This document shows, piece by piece, positions 40,300-46,324 of a DNA stretch of 64,000 bases. Each line of letters begins with the position of its first letter. Position 1 is the stretch's first letter. This stretch comes from Candidatus Nitrospinota bacterium M3_3B_026 (GTDB lineage: Bacteria > Nitrospinota_A > UBA7883 > JBPRGF01), in NCBI GenBank assembly GCA_051418015.1, contig JBPRGF010000017.1, forward strand, positions 224,001 through 288,000. Reading direction: 5' to 3'. Under the pieces are notes generated by a model that was not told the DNA's origin, searched no databases, and worked only from the letters and a program-made list of their open reading frames with translations. Both the position numbers and the translations under genes were made by a program.

Positions 40300-41694
40300 T
40301 TACCGCTTCGAGCCGCTTTTCCTCAGCATGAAAAAGCCCACAGCCGCGGCCAGGAGAATGGCCGCGATGGCCATGTAGAAGCCGGCGTAGCTCTCCTGCT
40401 CCCCGGACGCCGCCGTGGAGCCCCCCGCCGTGGCCGGAGCCCCCTGCTCCCTTTCCTTCATCACCTTTTTAGAGGGGATGGTGGAGGTCACGAGCCGCGC
40501 TATGGAGTTGGCGTTCCGGTCGCTTTCGGTAAACCAGACGTCCCCTTTCGAGTCCAGTGCGACGTTCATGGGCTGGGCGTTGGCGGTGGGTATCTCGAAC
40601 ATGTTCCAGTAAAGCTCGTCGGCGTGGAAAAAGCCGACTTTGTTCATGAAGCTGTCCACGACCCATATCCTGGCGTCGGCCCCCGGCGAAAGCCCCTGGG
40701 GAACGGCGTTGTACCCGGGCATGGGGACCACGCTGTGCACGCCGGGGTCTGGCATGAGAACGCCCAGGTGCTGGGACCGCAGGTGGCATATCCAAAGCTT
40801 GCCGTCCTTGTCGAACCTCATGAGCCCCGGCTGGGAGTTGGGGACGTTTATGGGGAACGTCCTGAGCTTCTTCGTCTCGGGGTTGTACCGGCCGATGACG
40901 TTGCTGCCCACCAGGCTCAGCCAGACGTGGCCGTTGGCGTCAACGGCTATCCCCATCGGGTTCACCCCGCCTCCAAGCTCTATCTCCACCATCCTCTCCC
41001 CGGTGATGTCGAGGTAGCCGAACTTCCCGGAGTTCTTCTCCACGAACCAGACGCGGTTTTTCGAATCCGCGGCTATATCGTAGGGAAGGGAGGACTCCGT
41101 GGGGATCAAAAACTCCGTGAACTCCTCCTTGCCCGGGTCGAACCGGACGATGCTGTTGCCAAGCTGCATGACGAACCAGACCATCCCGTCACCGTCTATG
41201 GAGATATTCCCCGGTCCGCCGACGCTGTAGATGTTTATCACGTCGTCGGGCGTCTTGCCGCTCTTGGGATCGAACTCCCAGTCCGACTCCGGCAGACCCT
41301 TGGTGGAGGGTATCCTGTATTCCTTCAGCTCGCCCGTGGCCGGGTCGAACACGGCGAGCTGGTTGCCCGCCATCTGTGTGAACCAGACCCTGTCCTCGCC
41401 GTCCACGGCCAGGCCGTAGGGGACGGTGTAGGCCGTGGGGATGGTGTATTCCTCTATCTTCGGGGCGCCCGGCTTCACCGCCGGTGAAAGCCTGGAGACC
41501 TTCGGCTCGACAACGCCGGTTACACGCTCCTTGCCCGCATCGGGGGAAGGAGCCTTCCCCTGTTCTCCATCGCCCTCCTGGGCCGGGGCCGGGACGGCGG
41601 CGAAGACCATAAGCGAAAACAAAAGGCCCAGCGCGGCCGCGAGCGGCCCTCTCAACCCCGGGCGCGATCCTTTACCAGGTAAACGTCGGCTCAT
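40300..41694 (-). CDS. Exported, C-terminally membrane-anchored Vgb-like beta-propeller protein
   Basis: Signal peptide; repeats P.GLAVD...VWFT; C-terminal TM FYMAIAAILLAAAVGFFM followed by basic tail. Confidence 0.85.
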   Translation of the reverse strand: MSRRLPGKGSRPGLRGPLAAALGLLFSLMVFAAVPAPAQEGDGEQGKAPSPDAGKERVTGVVEPKVSRLSPAVKPGAPKIEEYTIPTAYTVPYGLAVDGEDRVWFTQMAGNQLAVFDPATGELKEYRIPSTKGLPESDWEFDPKSGKTPDDVINIYSVGGPGNISIDGDGMVWFVMQLGNSIVRFDPGKEEFTEFLIPTESSLPYDIAADSKNRVWFVEKNSGKFGYLDITGERMVEIELGGGVNPMGIAVDANGHVWLSLVGSNVIGRYNPETKKLRTFPINVPNSQPGLMRFDKDGKLWICHLRSQHLGVLMPDPGVHSVVPMPGYNAVPQGLSPGADARIWVVDSFMNKVGFFHADELYWNMFEIPTANAQPMNVALDSKGDVWFTESDRNANSIARLVTSTIPSKKVMKEREQGAPATAGGSTAASGEQESYAGFYMAIAAILLAAAVGFFMLRKSGSKR

Positions 41695-42397
41695 ACATGT
41701 GCCTCATCTGCCAGTTGGCGTCCTTGTAGCCCCCTTCTTCTTCCCCCGACGAGTCGTAGTTCAGCTCGCCCCCTTCGCCCTTTCCCGTGGCTTTCCCCGC
41801 CCGGTAAGTGGCGGATTCTATCTGCATGGCTCTCTCCACGGCGTAGTACCTCGCCACGTCCATGGGGGGAATGGCCATCCTGTGGCCCATGGCCGGGTTG
41901 TGGCAGGCGTCGCAGCCCAGCACCTTGGCCTCGTGGCCGCTCTCGTACACGCCGATGAAAAAAAACGCGGCGAAAAGGAGCGTTGGAATCGCGTATACAA
42001 AGCTTTTTAAAAGCCCCGTCCGTATGGACCTTGCCTTCCCCAGCAGGGCGCCGAGGCCGGGTATCCTGCCGAGGGGGATCTTGTGAAAATAGGGCAAAAA
42101 CACGAAGAACACGCCGAGCAGGATGGGGATCGTCGGCATCAGCGGAAGGTACCGCTGCTTGATCCCCACGAAATACCAGAAGGGCTGCCAGAACAGCAGG
42201 AACAGCCACTCCGGCCCGGGGACGTTCGCGCCGTGGTCCGGCATGGGTATCCCCTCCGGCGCGTCGTCGGGCACGGGGTAAAGCTCGGCCAGCCACCCTA
42301 CCAAGAACACGACCGCCAGCATCGCCACGGCGAGGGTGACGATATGGTGCGGCCACCATTTCCATACCCCTTTTTCTTTCCTCTCTTCAGCGCTCAA
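41672..42397 (-). CDS. Cytochrome b C-terminal half (subunit IV-like) fused to a short monoheme c domain
   Basis: WWPHH, PGPEWLFLLFW (PEWY-like), FLPY, 3 TM, then GCDACHNP and downstream Met residues. Confidence 0.82.
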   Translation of the reverse strand: MSAEERKEKGVWKWWPHHIVTLAVAMLAVVFLVGWLAELYPVPDDAPEGIPMPDHGANVPGPEWLFLLFWQPFWYFVGIKQRYLPLMPTIPILLGVFFVFLPYFHKIPLGRIPGLGALLGKARSIRTGLLKSFVYAIPTLLFAAFFFIGVYESGHEAKVLGCDACHNPAMGHRMAIPPMDVARYYAVERAMQIESATYRAGKATGKGEGGELNYDSSGEEEGGYKDANWQMRHMYEPTFTW

Positions 42398-42422
42398 AAC
42401 TCTCGGTCTCCCTTCCGCGTGG

Positions 42423-43055
42423 TCAAACCCTGTCCGCGAGCCCCAGGCTCCGCAACAGGATTATGTGCAAAGCCAGGACCGCCAGCAACAACGCCGGCAA
42501 CAGCATTATATGCAGGGCGAAGGTTCTGCCCAGCGAGAAATATCCCAGCATCATGTCCTTCAGCCAGTCGCCGGCCAGGGGAATGTATGAAAGCCAGTCC
42601 GCCCAGACCACAAGCTCCCAGTAGCTGCGCCAGTCCCACGGCAGGATTATGCCGGTGATGAGAAGCAGGGTGAACAGGAACCCCATGAAAAGCCCGGACC
42701 ACCAATTGAGTTCCCTCGGCGGCCGGTACGCCCGTTTCGCCATGACGTGGAACGCGTGAATGATAAGGAAAAACATGCCGAAGGTGGCGCTCCACCTATG
42801 GGCGTTCCGGAAAAGGGCGCCCACGCTAGTGGTGTTGGCCATGGTCTTTATGCTTTCGTGCGCAAGGTCCGGAACCGGCACGTAATACCACAACATGTAG
42901 AATCCCGTGATTATCTGGATAGCTATACAGCCTATCGTGAGACCTCCGAAAAGGCTCCAGAAGCTTGTGCTCTCCGGCAGGTTGAAGGCAACCTGCTCGC
43001 GGTAAAACCTCCTTACGCGAAGGCGGCGGTCAAACCAGTCGACAATCCTTCCCAA
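42423..43055 (-). CDS. Cytochrome b N-terminal half (cytochrome b6-like)
   Basis: FGGL, QIITG, H-x13-H (AHRWSA...IIH), YRPPRELNW.SG, LPWD..SYW, H-x14-H. Confidence 0.93.
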   Translation of the reverse strand: MGRIVDWFDRRLRVRRFYREQVAFNLPESTSFWSLFGGLTIGCIAIQIITGFYMLWYYVPVPDLAHESIKTMANTTSVGALFRNAHRWSATFGMFFLIIHAFHVMAKRAYRPPRELNWWSGLFMGFLFTLLLITGIILPWDWRSYWELVVWADWLSYIPLAGDWLKDMMLGYFSLGRTFALHIMLLPALLLAVLALHIILLRSLGLADRV

Positions 43056-43081
43056 TCGAAAATCCCCTCTCTCCCCACTTC

Positions 43082-43627
43082 CTATTCGCTTCCGCTATCG
43101 GCCCCGCTTCCGTTCTCGCCCTCCCCGGGCGGCCGGGCCTCGGCCGGCGCCTTGCGGTAGTGGCTTTCGTCTATGGTATCGCCCATGAAGTCTATCTTCC
43201 ACTCGTTGGCCTTCTCGTCGAGTATCAGGTTCATTTTGCTGTGAGTGGTGAAATAGTCCCCGAACGAGGAGGGTGTCTTCACCTCCAGCTTGACGGAGGC
43301 GACCCACTCGCCGCGCTCGTTCGGTTTCTCCGGCAAAACGGTCTCCAGTATCTTGATCTTGGAGTCCCCGCTGTAGTTGCTGGTCCACCGGCGGAAATCG
43401 TCCGGGTCGTACTCCATGTACGCCGTGCTGATCAGCGACTGCGCTTCCATCGTGGTCAGCTTGCCGCCCTTGGACAAAAGGTCGAAAAACCTCAGCACGA
43501 CCTGGTCCGGCGGCGTCTCCGGGAACTCCACCTTCTTGTCCGCCTTCGAGCAGGCGAGAGTCACCAGGACGACGGCCCCGGCCGCGAGAAGACGTGATGC
43601 CACTGTCATGACTTTTATTCTATTCAA
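43082..43627 (-). CDS. Hypothetical lipoprotein
   Basis: Lipobox TLAC; no Rieske or heme motif; co-oriented in cluster. Confidence 0.75.
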   Translation of the reverse strand: MNRIKVMTVASRLLAAGAVVLVTLACSKADKKVEFPETPPDQVVLRFFDLLSKGGKLTTMEAQSLISTAYMEYDPDDFRRWTSNYSGDSKIKILETVLPEKPNERGEWVASVKLEVKTPSSFGDYFTTHSKMNLILDEKANEWKIDFMGDTIDESHYRKAPAEARPPGEGENGSGADSGSE

Positions 43628-43649
43628 AATCTGAACCGTCTTGATTAAT

Positions 43650-43686
43650 AAAAAAGGGAGGCCGGGTTCTCAAGGCCCGGCCTCCC
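43650..43686 (-). terminator. Rho-independent terminator after nosZ-like gene
   Basis: GGGAGGCCGGG / CCCGGCCTCCC 11-bp stem followed by TTTTTT on the minus strand. Confidence 0.8.
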
Positions 43687-43727
43687 CTTGATTTCACTAC
43701 ATGCTCTGCAAAGGTCCGGCGCCTCCC

Positions 43728-45524
43728 TTATATGGTCGGCTCGTTCCCTTCGTTGAGCGTGTTCAACAGCTTGTTCGTACCGACGAGCCACTCACGCTCG
43801 GCCTCGTCCAGGAGTATCTCCTGCCTGGAGACCTCGTCGTAGTCGCCCGTGGACAGCGAAGCTGTGCCGCCCGGGGGATCCACGAACAGCGTGCCCCGCA
43901 TCTCGAGATGCAGCGGGCCGCAGAAGTGCTGGCAGTAGAACTCGTACTCGCCAGCCTTGTCGGCGACGAACTCCGCCACCTTGCTCATCCCGCGAACGCC
44001 GATCATCATGGTCTTGAGACCATAATGGCCGTACACGTTCCACCCCATCGTGACGTCCGGGTTCTTGGTCAAACCCGCCGCCTTGTCGATGTTGGTCAGG
44101 ATGACGCGCACCTTGGCGCCCTGAGGAACGTGGATGAACCTCGGGACGTAGCCGTAGGAGAACGCCTTGACGCGAACCACGTAGACGTCGCCGTCCTTGG
44201 TCACGCCCGGCTTGCCGTCGTCACGCGGGACCCAGTACTTCTTGGTCTCGGCGACATGCTTGGGCTCGAGCTGCGGATGCACGTTCGATCCAAGCGGCGT
44301 GTTGTCGAAGCTGACGTGCACGTCGCCAAGGTTGTAGCCCTTGGTGAAAAGGTCGTCGCCCTTGCCGGTGTTCCACCTCTGGATGAAGGTGGAGAATATC
44401 TGGCGGCCCTCATGAGGCTCGCCGTCCACCGGGATGATCTTGACGGTCTTGCCGTAGGTCTCGGAGGTCTCGTCGATGTCCTGCAGCTCGAAGTTCACCG
44501 CGAACACGATGCCCGTAGGAGTGAAAAGGCCCGTGGAGAACTTGTTCTGCGAGACATAGTAGGCGTTGTCCGGCGCAATCGAGTTGTGACCCACGCGGTA
44601 GTGGATCGGGAACTCGTCGACCAGCTGCATCCTCTGCAGATCAACCTTACAAGTGGAGTCCGACACGAAGGAAGATATGTAGTCATACTTGCCGAGCGTG
44701 TCGATCTGGTTGTGCAGGGGACCCGCGCCCACCGGGATGACCTTGTGCACCCTCAGCTTCTCCACGTCTATGACGGAGAGGGTGGCCGAGAGCTTGTCGC
44801 AGGTCGTCACCACGCGGTTGGTGGGGCTGACGTTGGTTCCGTGCGGGTTCTTGCCGACGGGGATCTCCTTTATCAGCTTGAAGGGATCCTGGCTGAACAC
44901 CATCACCGCGGAGTGATAGTAGTTGCCCGCAAAGACGTATTTGCCGTCCTTCGAGGTGTCCGGATAGTCCGGAGCGGAAGGCGCGGGCGGGATGTCGATG
45001 ACCGTCGAGGCGCCGTCGGAGAGGCGCAGCTTGATCATCTTGCCCGTCAGCTCACCGGTGGCGAACAGGTATTTTCCGTTCGGCGCCAGAGCCGCGCTGT
45101 GGTGAACGCCGAAAGGCTTGGGGAGAGCGAATATCCTCTCCGTCCAGCCTGTCTGCAGGTTCACCTCAACGATCGTGTCCGCGCCTTTGTCGGAAACGTA
45201 GAGGTACCGGCCGTCCGGCGTGCCGTTGTTGTTGCCCGCGTTCGACCCCGAGAAGGGGAAGTTGTGCAGGTCAACGCCGCACCGGATGTGCCTGTAGGTC
45301 CTCATCGACGGGATGCCGATGACGCCTATGGCGCCGTCCACACCGCCAGCGTCGTACAGGATCGCGTAGTCACGCAGGGGCGCGTCGCTGTCCTGCTCCG
45401 CCACCACGTGCCAGGGGCGCTTGTCAAATTCGGTCAGTTCGGTCTTTTTGGCCTCGGCGAAAGGCGCGCTCGCGAAAAGCGCCGCGACAGCCGCCACAAG
45501 CCCGAATAGTAGGCTTTTTCTCAC
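43728..45524 (-). CDS. nosZ: Divergent nitrous oxide reductase-like copper protein (beta-propeller + CuA-type cupredoxin), Sec signal peptide
   Basis: NosZ landmarks in order: GIPSMR, DLH, DGRYLYVSDK, KNPHG, KLS, GPLH, HYRVGH, NKFS, EPH, TNID, YCQHFCGPLHLEMRG. Activity not established. Confidence 0.8.
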   Translation of the reverse strand: MRKSLLFGLVAAVAALFASAPFAEAKKTELTEFDKRPWHVVAEQDSDAPLRDYAILYDAGGVDGAIGVIGIPSMRTYRHIRCGVDLHNFPFSGSNAGNNNGTPDGRYLYVSDKGADTIVEVNLQTGWTERIFALPKPFGVHHSAALAPNGKYLFATGELTGKMIKLRLSDGASTVIDIPPAPSAPDYPDTSKDGKYVFAGNYYHSAVMVFSQDPFKLIKEIPVGKNPHGTNVSPTNRVVTTCDKLSATLSVIDVEKLRVHKVIPVGAGPLHNQIDTLGKYDYISSFVSDSTCKVDLQRMQLVDEFPIHYRVGHNSIAPDNAYYVSQNKFSTGLFTPTGIVFAVNFELQDIDETSETYGKTVKIIPVDGEPHEGRQIFSTFIQRWNTGKGDDLFTKGYNLGDVHVSFDNTPLGSNVHPQLEPKHVAETKKYWVPRDDGKPGVTKDGDVYVVRVKAFSYGYVPRFIHVPQGAKVRVILTNIDKAAGLTKNPDVTMGWNVYGHYGLKTMMIGVRGMSKVAEFVADKAGEYEFYCQHFCGPLHLEMRGTLFVDPPGGTASLSTGDYDEVSRQEILLDEAEREWLVGTNKLLNTLNEGNEPTI

Positions 45525-45545
45525 AGGTCTCTCACCCCCTCTCGC

Positions 45546-45971
45546 TTATCTTTCGTGTTTGTAGTAGGCGCCGGCCTTGGCGTCCTTCGCCAGGCGCTTG
45601 ACCATGTAGTCGTTCGGGTCAAGGATGTCGATCCTTCGGGCGTGCCACTTGCCGTCCTTGTACCAGCCGTAAGCGGCGATAAGGTCGCCCTTCTTAAGCT
45701 CCTTGAACTTCTTGAACACCCCGCGCTTGGCCGTCATGACGTAACACTCGGGATGGAGATAAAGATCGTAGGACTTGGACTTCTTCTCGAACTTCGTCGC
45801 GATCGTCAGCTGACGATTCCCGATGTCCTTGATCTCTCCAACGTACAGGGTGTCCGTCTTGGACGAACCGTTGCCCAGAACGTCCGCCGAAGCGAACCCG
45901 GGCCACAACACCATGGACGCCATGCCGACTGCCACTGCGGCAGCCATGTAGAAAATGGATTTTCTCACCAC
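45546..45971 (-). CDS. Small basic exported protein, possible OB fold (DUF5666/CusF-like)
   Basis: Signal peptide ending FASA; GEIKDI...LTI...ELKKGDLIAAYG...ARRIDI; first gene of the operon. Confidence 0.65.
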   Translation of the reverse strand: MVRKSIFYMAAAVAVGMASMVLWPGFASADVLGNGSSKTDTLYVGEIKDIGNRQLTIATKFEKKSKSYDLYLHPECYVMTAKRGVFKKFKELKKGDLIAAYGWYKDGKWHARRIDILDPNDYMVKRLAKDAKAGAYYKHER

Positions 45972-46053
45972 GTCACCCCCTTCCGCTAATTACAAATAGC
46001 ATTTCCACACTCCGCGATTGTAGATACGGTCGTTAACTGATCAATTGGGTATG

Positions 46054-46069
46054 TGCAATCAATATACCA
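46054..46069 (-). promoter_or_regulatory. sigma54 (-24/-12) promoter of the nosZ-like operon
   Basis: Minus strand TGGTAT-ATTGA-TTGCA (GG-N10-GC), 83 bp upstream of 45971. Confidence 0.7.
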
Positions 46070-46106
46070 ACAGCGCCCCGTGGAGCCCTGAAGGCAACTC
46101 CCCTAT

Positions 46107-46119
46107 TATCAAGCAATTA
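46107..46119. promoter_or_regulatory. IHF binding site
   Basis: TATCAA-GCAA-TTA matches WATCAA-N4-TTR; second match AATCAA-GTTG-TTG at 46213-46225. Confidence 0.55.
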
Positions 46120-46324
46120 TAGCCCAAGAGAGACGGGCCGGAATTAATCAAAAAATTCAATGTTGCCTCCCGATTGTTACAGCATATCTGGGCCGACTGA
46201 AACAGGCCAAAAAATCAAGTTGTTGGCGAATCAAGATTTGTCACCCTCAAATTACACATATCAATGAATACCCGGGCGCCGGAATAACGTTTCGTTTAAG
46301 CCAAATAACACGCTTTGTCTAAAT

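Noticed and set aside
39239..41694. Streptogramin resistance (vgb) genes
   Set aside because: Exported, catalytic motif not evident, respiratory context; only the fold is shared
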